Shown one piece after another: positions 20,272-29,604 of a DNA stretch of 64,000 nucleotides. The position numbers and the translations under genes are program-made. The notes beneath the pieces were generated by a model. It was not told the origin of the DNA. It ran no database searches and was given only the letters and a program-made list of their open reading frames with translations. Position 1 is the first letter of the stretch, and the number at the start of each line of letters is the position of its first letter. The stretch is from Candidatus Latescibacterota bacterium (GTDB lineage: Bacteria; Latescibacterota; UBA2968; UBA8231), in assembly GCA_965248355.1 (NCBI GenBank), contig OZ252098.1:3872001-3936000 (forward strand), written 5' to 3'.

Positions 20272-21111
20272 ATGCGGACGTTCAAGACGGGTCCGACCCC
20301 GGACCAGCTGCGGGCCATGGACCGGGATCTGCGGTTCTTTCCGAGTGCGACGCGGAGTCCTTCCGTGCTCACTCCCGAACAGCTCGAGTCCTTCAACAGG
20401 GACGGCCATGTCAAAGGCGTGCCGATCTTCGACCGCGGCGAGATCGCCGGGCACCGGCGCCATTTCGACCGCCTGCTGGCGAAGGCCATGGCGAATGGCG
20501 GGACCAGCTATTCCATCTCTTCCGCCCATCTGCGGTCCGCCAGGGTGTACGACTTGATGAAGCACCCGCGCATCGTCGCCTGCGCGCAGGATGTCCTCGG
20601 CGAGAAGATCGTCGGCCTTGCGGCCCAGTTCTTCTGCCGACTGCCCCACGATCCCGTCGATATCTCCTGGCACCAGGACGCCAGTCACTGGCCCCTGACG
20701 CCGTCGAGAACGGTGACGATCTGGCTCGCCATCGACGATGCGGACAGGGAGAACTCCTGCATGCGCTTCATCGCCGGCTCCCACCTCCACGGCCATATCG
20801 ACTACCGTCTGAGCGAGGAAGGGGAGAACAATCTCTTCAACCAGGTCGCCCTGGATGTCGAGCGCTACGGAGAGTGCGTCGATGTCGAGCTCAGGGCGGG
20901 TGAAATTTCCATGCACTCCGACCTCCTGCTCCACGGCTCCAGGGCCAATCGCTCCACCCGCAGGCGGTGTGGTCTGACCCTGCGCTATTGCGCTATCGAT
21001 GTGCGGGAGGTGCCGGGATTCGGTTGGGCCGACGAGGGAGTCGTCATCAGCGGGGAAGATCCCGCCAACCACTGGGGGAATCCCCCTCGCCCTGCGAAGG
21101 ATCTGGTCTGA
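20272..21111 (+). CDS. PhyH family dioxygenase
   Basis: WHQDASHW, WLAIDDADRENSCMRFIAGSH, LHGSRANRSTRRR. Confidence 0.92.
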   Translation: MRTFKTGPTPDQLRAMDRDLRFFPSATRSPSVLTPEQLESFNRDGHVKGVPIFDRGEIAGHRRHFDRLLAKAMANGGTSYSISSAHLRSARVYDLMKHPRIVACAQDVLGEKIVGLAAQFFCRLPHDPVDISWHQDASHWPLTPSRTVTIWLAIDDADRENSCMRFIAGSHLHGHIDYRLSEEGENNLFNQVALDVERYGECVDVELRAGEISMHSDLLLHGSRANRSTRRRCGLTLRYCAIDVREVPGFGWADEGVVISGEDPANHWGNPPRPAKDLV

Positions 21112-21126
21112 AGACCGGGAGGCCCG

Positions 21127-22011
21127 TTACAGGGGCCTGAATTCGACCAGGCGGCGGCCGCCTTCGAAGCCCGGACGGCCCACGTACTGGACGGCCCGCG
21201 TGTTGATGGCGTCAGCGTGGGCGATGTGCACGTGGCCGCAGAACACGGCCGTCAGGTTCGGCGCCGTTGTCACCGAGTGGACGAACTCGAGGGTCTCGGG
21301 CGAGTCCTCGGAGACCTGCCATGAGGTTCGGCTCTCCGACGGCCAGTCCGGATCCCCCATCATCGGCGGCGACCCCAGCTTGTCGATGACGGAATCGCGC
21401 AATGTGGGCAGGCTCAGGGGCCAGTGAGTCAGCAGGACCGTGGGCAGGCCCGCCTGCAGTTGGGCCTGCATGAAGTCCACCTGCTTGCGTGAGATCTGGG
21501 GAACGGCGTTGTCGATGGCGACGAAGCGAATGCCGCCGACATCACGGGCTGCACAGTCCGGATCGCCGTTGTGCAATGGCTGCAGGGCGGCCAATCGCCT
21601 CAGCCGCACCTCGTCATTCACCGGCTCGTTGGTGTAATGCACGTCATGGTTGCCGCAGGTGTACATGGCGGGCACCCCGAGTGGGCTGATCTGCTCGAGG
21701 ACGAAATCGACCGAGGCGGGTGACGGGAAGTGAACGATGTCTCCGGTCAGCGCCAGCAAGTCGAGGTTTTCCCTCGCCGCCTGCGCCAGGTGTCGGCGGA
21801 ACGCATCTCCCGGGGCGTAGTCCGTTCCCTGCTCCTCGTTCCTTTGCGCATAGCGCCGGCAGTAGTCGACACAGGCGTCGTAGTTCTCGCCATCGCGTTC
21901 GTCGAAGAACTGCAGGTGCGTGTCCGTCAGGTGCAGCATCCGCACCGGGCGGGCGAGCCCTTCGATGCGAATCGTCGCGCCGTCATCGGTGAAGCTGTGA
22001 GTGATTCGCAT
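21127..22011 (-). CDS. metallophosphoesterase (calcineurin-like)
   Basis: HLTDTH, LTGDIV, GNHD, LLTH, CGHVH; start at ATG 22011 coupled to the upstream stop. Confidence 0.9.
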   Translation of the reverse strand: MRITHSFTDDGATIRIEGLARPVRMLHLTDTHLQFFDERDGENYDACVDYCRRYAQRNEEQGTDYAPGDAFRRHLAQAARENLDLLALTGDIVHFPSPASVDFVLEQISPLGVPAMYTCGNHDVHYTNEPVNDEVRLRRLAALQPLHNGDPDCAARDVGGIRFVAIDNAVPQISRKQVDFMQAQLQAGLPTVLLTHWPLSLPTLRDSVIDKLGSPPMMGDPDWPSESRTSWQVSEDSPETLEFVHSVTTAPNLTAVFCGHVHIAHADAINTRAVQYVGRPGFEGGRRLVEFRPL

Positions 22012-23255
22012 CACCGCGGCTCCCACACCCCTCCGTCCTGCTCGATGCGCGCCATCATGGCGGCGAATTCATCCGACCCGTCGTCGTCCCAGTACTCGGT
22101 CTTCAAGGGGGCGGCGAAGCTCACGGGCATCAGCGAGCGGCTCCAGTCCGGCCGCACCATGAAGTGCGGATTGTGGGGATCCGGGCGGGTGTGGAAGGTC
22201 GTGCCGTTGTCGTACTTGCAGACGAGGATGAACTTCGGTTTCGCCATCGGCTCGATCTGCTTCAGACGCTCCACCGCTTTCATGTCCAGCTCGACACCGA
22301 GACCGGGTCGCTCCGGTACGCGAAGGAAGCCGTTGATCGGATTCAGGGGCTCGGTGACGAAGCGCTCGCGCGAGACTTCGGGAATGGCGTTGACGACGTG
22401 GAAGGTCGCCGAAGGGAAGGTGGCCATCATGTGGACGGTCATGGCCCGCGTGATGTCGCTGCCCGTGTTCTGCAGCATGAAGGGGCTGTCGCCGGCGGCG
22501 AACAGGCCAGCCCGGCGCACGGCGTCGCCGATCTTCGAGTGCCCCAGCATGTAGGCGTCGGCCGGTCTTCGATAGATCTCGTAGGTGGCCGCCGTCGGGA
22601 AGTGGTGCAGGACAATGGGCAGGCGCGATCGCTGCCGCAGCTCGATGTAGCCATCGATGTCCTCGCCCGGCAGCGGATCCTCGAAGCAGCCGGCGATTTC
22701 GTACTCGGCCAGCTTGTCCAGCAGATCGGGCATGTAGTCTTCGGTGCCGTGCATGGTGAAGTCGTAGTGAAGCTTGAAACCTCTTGGCGCCACCTCCTGC
22801 ATCGCCTCGGTCTGATCGATGACATTCTCGAAGGGGGACAGGTGGAACTTCATCCAGGTATGGCCCTGTTCGGCGAAGGCCTGCACGGCTCCGGCCATGC
22901 GGTCCGGATGGGTGCTCACGGTCCAGGCGGCCGCCGCCACCCAGGAGCGGTACTTCTGGCCGAAGAGCTTGTACACCGGCACCCCCGCGGCTTGGCCCAT
23001 GAGGTCGTACATGGCCGTTCCCAGTCCCAGGGAGGTCTCGTCTCCCACCCAGTCGAAGGGGTTCGAGCCGATGTACTGGTCCAGCACCTCCTGCTTCTCG
23101 GGACTCTCGCTCTCGCCCAGGCCGACCAGCCCGGTGTCGGTGCGGACGACGTAGATCGTGCGCTGCGTCAGGTCGTGGTAGTGGAGGAGCTCGTCGGCCC
23201 GGGCCTCGTCGTACGGAAGCGTGACCTGGTGAATGTCTATGTCCGTGATCTTCAT
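22011..23255 (-). CDS. mandelate racemase/muconate lactonizing enzyme family (enolase superfamily)
   Basis: VRTDTGLVGLGE, AMYDLMGQAAGVPVYKLFG, FEDP, PERPGLGVELD. Confidence 0.9.
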   Translation of the reverse strand: MKITDIDIHQVTLPYDEARADELLHYHDLTQRTIYVVRTDTGLVGLGESESPEKQEVLDQYIGSNPFDWVGDETSLGLGTAMYDLMGQAAGVPVYKLFGQKYRSWVAAAAWTVSTHPDRMAGAVQAFAEQGHTWMKFHLSPFENVIDQTEAMQEVAPRGFKLHYDFTMHGTEDYMPDLLDKLAEYEIAGCFEDPLPGEDIDGYIELRQRSRLPIVLHHFPTAATYEIYRRPADAYMLGHSKIGDAVRRAGLFAAGDSPFMLQNTGSDITRAMTVHMMATFPSATFHVVNAIPEVSRERFVTEPLNPINGFLRVPERPGLGVELDMKAVERLKQIEPMAKPKFILVCKYDNGTTFHTRPDPHNPHFMVRPDWSRSLMPVSFAAPLKTEYWDDDGSDEFAAMMARIEQDGGVWEPR

Positions 23256-23286
23256 GGCAGGCCGGCCCGGGGTGAGTGATGGTGGA

Positions 23287-24318
23287 TCAGAGACGCCACC
23301 TGGTGCCCATCAGGCAGGTTGTCCCGGCATCGGGTCGATCGAGCTGGTAGCAGATCGTCACGAGCGAGCCGTCGGCAAGTTGCACCGATGCGGGATAGCC
23401 GAGGTCGGCATCGGGCGCGGCCTGCACGACGCGTTCGCTTGCCACGTCCCACGAGATTCCACCGTCGTTGCTCAGACAGGCTCGCTGCCCGAACGGCGAC
23501 AGCCGCCGCCCGTAGACGACCAGCAGTCGGTCGTCCTGCAGGCGAATCAGATGGGGCGGAAAGCCGAGCATGGGTGTGACTCGGGCCGGCGTCCAGGTGT
23601 GGCCGCCGTCGTCACTCTCGGACTGATGGAGGAACCGCTCGCCCAGATGGTCGCCGCCGACACGGAACAGCCCGACGAGCCGGCCGCCGGCCGTCTCCAC
23701 GAGATGGGGTTCCCCCAGTCCCCGGTGGGCCGTCTCCGGCGGGTGGGACACCGTGCCGATGACATTCCACGTGCGGCCATCGTCCGCCGACTCCTCGGCG
23801 ACGACGGTCCGCTGGCCTCCGAGCCTGCCTACGCCCAGGTACAGCAGTCTGCCGTCGCTCAGTGGAACGGGCCCGTGCGGGGCCGAGGCGTTGACGCGGA
23901 TCGGCTCACCCCAGGTCAGGCCGCCATCCTCGGAACGCTGCACCCAGTTTCCCAGCCAGCGGTCCCGGGTCTCGGGAGTGAGGGTGGCCGCATGCTGTCG
24001 ATAGGCGGCGTCTTCCTCGAAGGCGACAGAGGTGAACCAGCTGACCAGCAACGTGCCCCGCCGGGTCTCGAGGATGCCGGCGTCGCGGTCGTCGAGAGGG
24101 GAATGGCGAATGACTTCGGGAGCGCTCCAGGTCTCGCCATCGTCGCCGGACCGCACGAGGTGGGTCTTTCCCCAGGGGCAGATGTGCGCATCCCGGTCGC
24201 CGGAGAACACGGCCAGCAGCTCGCCGGTCGACGTTCGCGCAATCGTTGGCCAGCCGATGTAGCGGCCGGGCTGCGCACAGATCACCCGGGTCCACAGTCT
24301 GTCGGCTGTCTGAATCAA
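23287..24318 (-). CDS. BNR/Asp-box beta-propeller (sialidase-like)
   Basis: Five Asp boxes (SGDDGETW, SEDGGLTW, SADDGRTW, SDDGGHTW, SNDGGISW); DLGYPASVQL. Confidence 0.88.
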   Translation of the reverse strand: MIQTADRLWTRVICAQPGRYIGWPTIARTSTGELLAVFSGDRDAHICPWGKTHLVRSGDDGETWSAPEVIRHSPLDDRDAGILETRRGTLLVSWFTSVAFEEDAAYRQHAATLTPETRDRWLGNWVQRSEDGGLTWGEPIRVNASAPHGPVPLSDGRLLYLGVGRLGGQRTVVAEESADDGRTWNVIGTVSHPPETAHRGLGEPHLVETAGGRLVGLFRVGGDHLGERFLHQSESDDGGHTWTPARVTPMLGFPPHLIRLQDDRLLVVYGRRLSPFGQRACLSNDGGISWDVASERVVQAAPDADLGYPASVQLADGSLVTICYQLDRPDAGTTCLMGTRWRL

Positions 24319-24408
24319 TCGATCACCTCCGTGAATTCCAAGGGGGGCCTACTATCGTCAGTCAGCCCCTGGGCGGTCAAACCGGGGCGTGAGGTGGTCC
24401 CAAACCAA

Positions 24409-24550
24409 GGCGGTGACGGCGGCGCAGGCCGCGCCGTGCGGCGCCATACGCCGGGCCGGGGCCAACAACCGATCCACCACCTGCGATAGCTCCACCAACC
24501 AGGCCCGGCGTAAGCGCCGCCGAGGCGCGGCCGGAGCCGCCGGCACCGCC
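24409..24550 (+). repeat. structured intergenic repeat, copy 1 (both arms, central cassette absent)
   Basis: GGCGGTGACGGCGGCGCAGGCCGCGCC...TACGCCGGGCC / GGCCCGGCGTA...GGCGCGGCCGGAGCCGCCGGCACCGCC; homologous to four other loci. Confidence 0.9.
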
Positions 24551-24556
24551 CCCTCG

Positions 24557-24585
24557 TTGACCGTTGCCATGGTATGGAATAGGAT
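24557..24585 (+). promoter_or_regulatory. putative sigma70 promoter for gene 24622
   Basis: TTGACC-17 nt-TAGGAT, then AAGGAG RBS before ATG 24622. Confidence 0.55.
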
Positions 24586-24621
24586 GCCTCGAACCCTCGA
24601 GCAAGGAGCAGACCGACTACA

Positions 24622-26127
24622 ATGGATACCTCAGCCGGGAGCCGCGACGGCTTCCTGCTCCTGAACGGGGTCGAGGAGACCCATCACGTTGTCCGGCGCG
24701 TCTGCGAGGCCGAGAAGCATCCCAACAATCCGGTCCTTCCCCTCGGCGACATGCACGAGTGGGACGCCGCCCAGGCCCGGCCGTGGTCGTCGCCGACGGT
24801 CATCTGGGACGAGGAGGACCGCGTCTTCAAGGCCTGGTACTCCGGCTCCGACATCGCGCCGGAACGCTGGACCGCGGTGGGCTACGCCACCAGCGCCGAC
24901 GGCGTGACGTGGGAGAAGCCGCGGCTGGGGCTGCACGAGTTCCGCGGCTCCACCGACAACAACATCGTGGTCATGGGCTACGGCCCCGTGATCAAGGATG
25001 CCGCCGAGCCGGACCCGGCCCGGCGCTACAAGATGATCCTGCGAGGGCCGAGGCCGCGCACCGACGATGCGGTGGCCCCGGCGACGGGACCGGACCGCGG
25101 GGTGCGGCTGGGCTATTCGCCGGACGGTATCCACTGGACGGAGGGACCGGGCCTGCGCATGCCGCAGTGGCGGGATCGCTCGCTCACCTATGGCGACCCC
25201 GGCGCGCTGATCCGCGACGACCAGGAGACCGATCCCTCGCGCCGTTACAAGCTGGTGTGGCAGGCGCAAGTGCCGATCGACAGGCCGGACAAGGAGCGGG
25301 GCCGGGCGAAGTTCCTGTCCTATGGACCGGACCTCGAGCACCTGCGGGCAGCGGACCACAACCCGATCCTCTCCCCCGGCGACGGCTTCGAGTACGAGAA
25401 CCATCACGTCCTGCTGGCCCCGTACCGCGGCGCCTGGGCCATGCCCTACGAGTACGGTTGGTACGTCCCCAACGGCTACGGCGTCTACGGCACCTATTGC
25501 GCCGACGTGCGCCTGGCGGTGAGCGCCGACGGCGAGCGCTTCGAGCGGATCGACGTGCATCAGCCGCTCATCCCGCGCGGGGGAAACCGGGAGTGGGACG
25601 GCGGCCTGCTGGTGATCGCCGACAAGCCGGCCATCAAGGACGGCACGGTCCATCTCTTCTACGGCGGCAATGGCGAGGAGTGGACCAGCTGGCCCGGTGA
25701 GAACACGCCTTCGGTCTATCCCTACGGGAGCACCGGCCAGGTCCGCCTGTCGCGGCTGGGACTGGCCACCCTGCGGGAAGACGGGTGGACCTGCCTGGAG
25801 TCGGCCGACCGGGAGGTGCCCGGCTGGGCGGTCACCAATCCCGTCGAGCGGACCGACCCCAGGACGGCGCTGACGGTGAACGTGGGAGAGGTGCGCCAGA
25901 ACCGGAGCTGGGTGGAGGTTGAAGTGCTGGACGCCGCGACGCTGGAGCCGCTGGAGGGCTATCGGCGGGAGGACTGCCGGGACCTGTGCACGGACGGGTG
26001 GCGCGAGGAAGTGCGCTGGCGCGGAGGCAGCCTCGGGGACGTGGCCGGGCCGCGGTTCCGGCTGAAGTTCTGGCTCTATGGAAGGGCCCGGCTCCATGCC
26101 TATGGCTTCGACGCTGCGGGAGGGTGA
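24622..26127 (+). CDS. five-bladed beta-propeller glycoside hydrolase-like protein (GH32/43/130-like)
   Basis: KHPNNPVL, FKAWY, YATSADGVTWEKPRLG, SPDGIHW, LGLATLREDG. Confidence 0.75.
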   Translation: MDTSAGSRDGFLLLNGVEETHHVVRRVCEAEKHPNNPVLPLGDMHEWDAAQARPWSSPTVIWDEEDRVFKAWYSGSDIAPERWTAVGYATSADGVTWEKPRLGLHEFRGSTDNNIVVMGYGPVIKDAAEPDPARRYKMILRGPRPRTDDAVAPATGPDRGVRLGYSPDGIHWTEGPGLRMPQWRDRSLTYGDPGALIRDDQETDPSRRYKLVWQAQVPIDRPDKERGRAKFLSYGPDLEHLRAADHNPILSPGDGFEYENHHVLLAPYRGAWAMPYEYGWYVPNGYGVYGTYCADVRLAVSADGERFERIDVHQPLIPRGGNREWDGGLLVIADKPAIKDGTVHLFYGGNGEEWTSWPGENTPSVYPYGSTGQVRLSRLGLATLREDGWTCLESADREVPGWAVTNPVERTDPRTALTVNVGEVRQNRSWVEVEVLDAATLEPLEGYRREDCRDLCTDGWREEVRWRGGSLGDVAGPRFRLKFWLYGRARLHAYGFDAAGG

Positions 26128-26272
26128 GCAGGGGGGAGTCACCCGGTAGGTGCAGTCCACCAGATCGCCCTGTGGGCCAGGTCCCGCATGGTGACGAGCC
26201 CGAATGTCCTCGGTACCTCTTGCAGTATGCGGGCAACTTGGGCGGCAAGAGTCGGCCCCGGCGGAATGTGGA

Positions 26273-29200
26273 TCACCGATTTCTCCCCACCTTCAGGACC
26301 TTCCGGCCCATGTACGCTCCGTTGATCCTGATGCGGCACAGGTAGACACCCGAGGCTACTTCATCACCATCGGCGGTCAGGCCGCTCCAGTCGAAGGAAT
26401 GAGCACCGGCTTCCATGATCCCATTCTCAACAAGGGTTGCCACCAAGGCTCCAAGCAAATTGAAGACATGAATGGAGACATTGCCCCTTGCCGGCAGGCT
26501 CAGGGCCACCGTGATACCGGTGGAAAAGGGATTGGGATAGGCAGTGACCTCAGTGGCCCTGACAATTTCGTAGGTGCCGCCCGAAGCGTTGGGTGCTCCC
26601 GGCGTCCCTCCATTCGCTGAGGGGTACCAGTGCTCGTGGCTGGAGTTGTCAACCGTGGGGTCCACCAGGGCCAGCGTGAAGCCCGTGCCATTGGGCTCGG
26701 TTGGCCAGGGAGGACGCTCATCGTACGCAACTGCATCGATGATTTCCTGGAGATCGGTCAACAGAGTAAGGTGATCCCCGCGGCTACTCAGTCCGAAAGG
26801 AAGGTTCCCGGTACAATCCGTCCGGGGATAGACGGCGCGAAAATCGGTGCTGTCACGGCAGAGCACGACGTATCCGCCTCCTGGGAGAAGGAGATGGGGG
26901 GGCAAGACGAAATCGGGGGAGTTCCCCGCGTCGCGAAGCCGCCAACCGGCGATCTCCAAGGGGGCTGGGCCGAAGTTGTGGAGTTCAACCCAATCTCCGG
27001 AGTCAAGGCTCTCAGTCGAATGATAGTTGATTTCGTTGATCACGACGGGCACCGGCTCGACTGCCTGGGGCGGCTGTCCGGAGGACTTGAAGCGGGCCGT
27101 CAACTCGTAGTTCCCCTCGATGACAAGAGTCGCCCGGGCGGTGTCAGAGACCGGGAGCGACCAACTGTCGAATTCGAATCCCGGGGCGGGCACAGCAAGC
27201 AGATCAAGGGGCACTTGATTGAAGTAGAGACCGGACGAGCGAGGACCCTCGACGGGTACCGAATTGAGAAAGAGGGTGCCCCCTCGCTCCGGCGCGACTT
27301 CAAGGGAGACCACGGAGCGATCTCCGAGGGAGAAATGGGTCTGCAAGTGGCTCCAAACATGGGCGGCCCTCACGCGGGCAAAGGCGCGCATCACCTCGAG
27401 GTTGGCATCCCACTCTTCTATTGTAGCAAAGGATCCCCCATAGAACGGTGAGGGGTACGGGCTCCAACGGTCGGCATGGCGGGGGATCTCATGTGCGATG
27501 CCGTTTCTCATGCTGTCGATAACGGCCTCGACTCGAGGCCAGTCAAAAGTGGTGTTCAGATGGCTTGCGAAACGTTGAATGAAACTATTTCTGACTTCAT
27601 CGATCCCAAGGAGGCTTTCCATGAGGAATGTGGCCCAAGGTGGATTTGGCCAACCGCGGCCCGGAGTGCTCGCCAATGCCACCATGTTGAGTTCGGGAGG
27701 ACTCGGGTTCAATGCCAGGGGCAAGTTGAACCCGTAATCCGTATCGAAGAAGATCCAACGCCAGCGGCCGCTGGCACCGCGGGTACGCCAGAATTCCATG
27801 TTGTTGCCCGGCCAATCCGTATTTGCGGAATACATCTGGGCAATCTGGTAGTTGAGAAATTCATCGACATCCATGTGGGATCTTATCTGGTCAAGAGCAG
27901 TGGCGTCCTTGAGGTCGCTGGTTTGAAGGTAGTTCAAGAGGGACTGGAAATGGGCGGAACTTCCTACCCTCACCTCTGAATCGTTGATCAGGTAGTCGAT
28001 GTCGTCGGGTTCAAGGGCGTGATTGTCCACCACATAGTCGACTGAAATGCGCTCGCGCATGTTGTGGATGCCCCAGTACTGGCCATTGAGAAAAAGGATG
28101 ACGGGCCTATAGGATTGATAGTCGATTTCCATGCGATCCTTGACCAGGGCCTGGGCAGTGGCGTCACGAAGGAGGGTGTACGTCCAGTCGTTGCCCGAGT
28201 TGCGCAGGATGAAGCTCGTGTATCGGCTTATGGACTTGTCGGGGAAGAGAGGATAGTAGAAGCCTTCATTGCCGTATCGCCGGCGGGCGTGGATGGCCAG
28301 GGACTTCTGTGGCTGGTTGCGAGACCATCCGCCGTGGATTTTCACGCCCACATCCTGAGAGAATTCCAGGCCCCCGTCGGCATGGTAGAATTCAATGTGT
28401 GCGGGGCGCTCCCAGTGGCGCATGAAGTTGTTGCGATTCCCCTTGACATAAATGCCCAGGTGGGCGCCCCAGAGATGCTCCGGATCGACGGCCAGGGAGA
28501 CCGCTGGCAGGCTGGGTTTGTCATCAATGAAATAGGTTTGGGTAATCACGTCACTGGGCAGGAGCCCTTTGGTGACTGCCAGTGATCGCAGGACGGTTGT
28601 GGCTTTGATGGGGGGGGTCCTTCTGGGATGAGGTGTTTCGCGTGTCGGGATGCTGCCGTCGGTGGTGACGAAGATGGTGGTGTTGGGGTCTGGATGGAAA
28701 AGGGAAACGGTGATGGAATGTGGGTAGTGGCCGCCTTGGTGCGAGTAGGTGGGTGCCTGGGAATGGTGGAGCTTTCCGGGGGACGCGTTTCTTTGACCCG
28801 GAGAGGGCTCGTCGAGAAAGAACCAGGCGCCTCGTTCCGGTACCCGAGCGTAGGAGACGTCGGGTCGGAGGGGACCGAATGTGACTGAGTCGATCAGGGT
28901 TGTGCCGTCGGCAGCCAGCAACCGCAGGTGTTCGCCTCTTGAAGAGAGTTTGAAACCCAAATGAAGTGGGCCTTGGTCGGGGCCGTCGTCCGCCCAAAGG
29001 AGAATGAATCCGCGCCCCGGGATCGTCGTGGCCTTGGGGTCATCCGTGGGGAACCGGAACCTTGGAACGGCCGAGTCGTCGGTGATGAACATGCCGCCAA
29101 TGTCCTTGGGGCGGCGACCTGTATTGTATATCTCTATCCAGTCGGCGAATTCTCCGTGCTGGTCCGGACAACAGGACTGATTGTTTGACATCAGTTCATT

Positions 29201-29368
29201 TATCAGGAACTCCTCGGCCAGGAGTGGACCAAGGGTGAGGTTGCAGGCAAATAGGGCAAGGAGGTGGATTCGGGTTCTTGGGCGGTTTCCGGGAGGGCGG
29301 TGCAGCCTGGGTGCGGTTGTCCTGTGCGGGCCGGTTGGGGGGTCCGCGGTAGCCATCGTGGGCGGCAT
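26273..29368 (-). CDS. secreted CotH kinase-family protein with two lamin-tail domains, chitobiase/FN3-associated domain and FlgD-Ig/T9SS-like C-terminal domain
   Basis: INELMSNN...DWIEIYN, VKIHGGWSR, ILRNSGNDW, LNGQYWGIHNMRE, NTDWPGNN, WIFFDTD, INEINYH, YPNPFS...SGVYL; start uncertain (29368 or 29356); lower GC than neighbours. Confidence 0.85.
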   Translation of the reverse strand: MPPTMATADPPTGPHRTTAPRLHRPPGNRPRTRIHLLALFACNLTLGPLLAEEFLINELMSNNQSCCPDQHGEFADWIEIYNTGRRPKDIGGMFITDDSAVPRFRFPTDDPKATTIPGRGFILLWADDGPDQGPLHLGFKLSSRGEHLRLLAADGTTLIDSVTFGPLRPDVSYARVPERGAWFFLDEPSPGQRNASPGKLHHSQAPTYSHQGGHYPHSITVSLFHPDPNTTIFVTTDGSIPTRETPHPRRTPPIKATTVLRSLAVTKGLLPSDVITQTYFIDDKPSLPAVSLAVDPEHLWGAHLGIYVKGNRNNFMRHWERPAHIEFYHADGGLEFSQDVGVKIHGGWSRNQPQKSLAIHARRRYGNEGFYYPLFPDKSISRYTSFILRNSGNDWTYTLLRDATAQALVKDRMEIDYQSYRPVILFLNGQYWGIHNMRERISVDYVVDNHALEPDDIDYLINDSEVRVGSSAHFQSLLNYLQTSDLKDATALDQIRSHMDVDEFLNYQIAQMYSANTDWPGNNMEFWRTRGASGRWRWIFFDTDYGFNLPLALNPSPPELNMVALASTPGRGWPNPPWATFLMESLLGIDEVRNSFIQRFASHLNTTFDWPRVEAVIDSMRNGIAHEIPRHADRWSPYPSPFYGGSFATIEEWDANLEVMRAFARVRAAHVWSHLQTHFSLGDRSVVSLEVAPERGGTLFLNSVPVEGPRSSGLYFNQVPLDLLAVPAPGFEFDSWSLPVSDTARATLVIEGNYELTARFKSSGQPPQAVEPVPVVINEINYHSTESLDSGDWVELHNFGPAPLEIAGWRLRDAGNSPDFVLPPHLLLPGGGYVVLCRDSTDFRAVYPRTDCTGNLPFGLSSRGDHLTLLTDLQEIIDAVAYDERPPWPTEPNGTGFTLALVDPTVDNSSHEHWYPSANGGTPGAPNASGGTYEIVRATEVTAYPNPFSTGITVALSLPARGNVSIHVFNLLGALVATLVENGIMEAGAHSFDWSGLTADGDEVASGVYLCRIRINGAYMGRKVLKVGRNR

Positions 29369-29518
29369 TGCAGAAGCTGCTCGATAGCGATCCTGGCGCC
29401 GGACGTGCGGTTGGTTCTTGGGTATGGGGAGGGTGGGAGACAATATGGGTTCAATTCGGGGAAGTCCAAGTGAGGAGGACGGACCGCGATTGGAGAAAGA
29501 TGGCTCCGCTTGCTTGCG

Positions 29519-29600
29519 GAGCTTGGCGCGCTGCACAGCCTCCTCCAGACACAGGGCCTCGATCAGGCGCTTGCCGGGGGGTGAGGCCGGGCTTGTTCGG
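29519..29600 (-). pseudogene. collapsed relic of an ICL/PEP mutase paralog
   Basis: PNKPGLTP(+1)GKRLI-EALCLEEAVQRAKL versus PKKCGHTPGKRLI...MGLEEAVERGRL in the intact gene 30722-31594; DNA similarity is obvious. Confidence 0.75.
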
Positions 29601-29604
29601 ATGG

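Noticed and set aside
26130..26270. Possible gene relic between convergent genes
   Set aside because: Reads as coding-like on the minus strand, but I could not assign it to any family.
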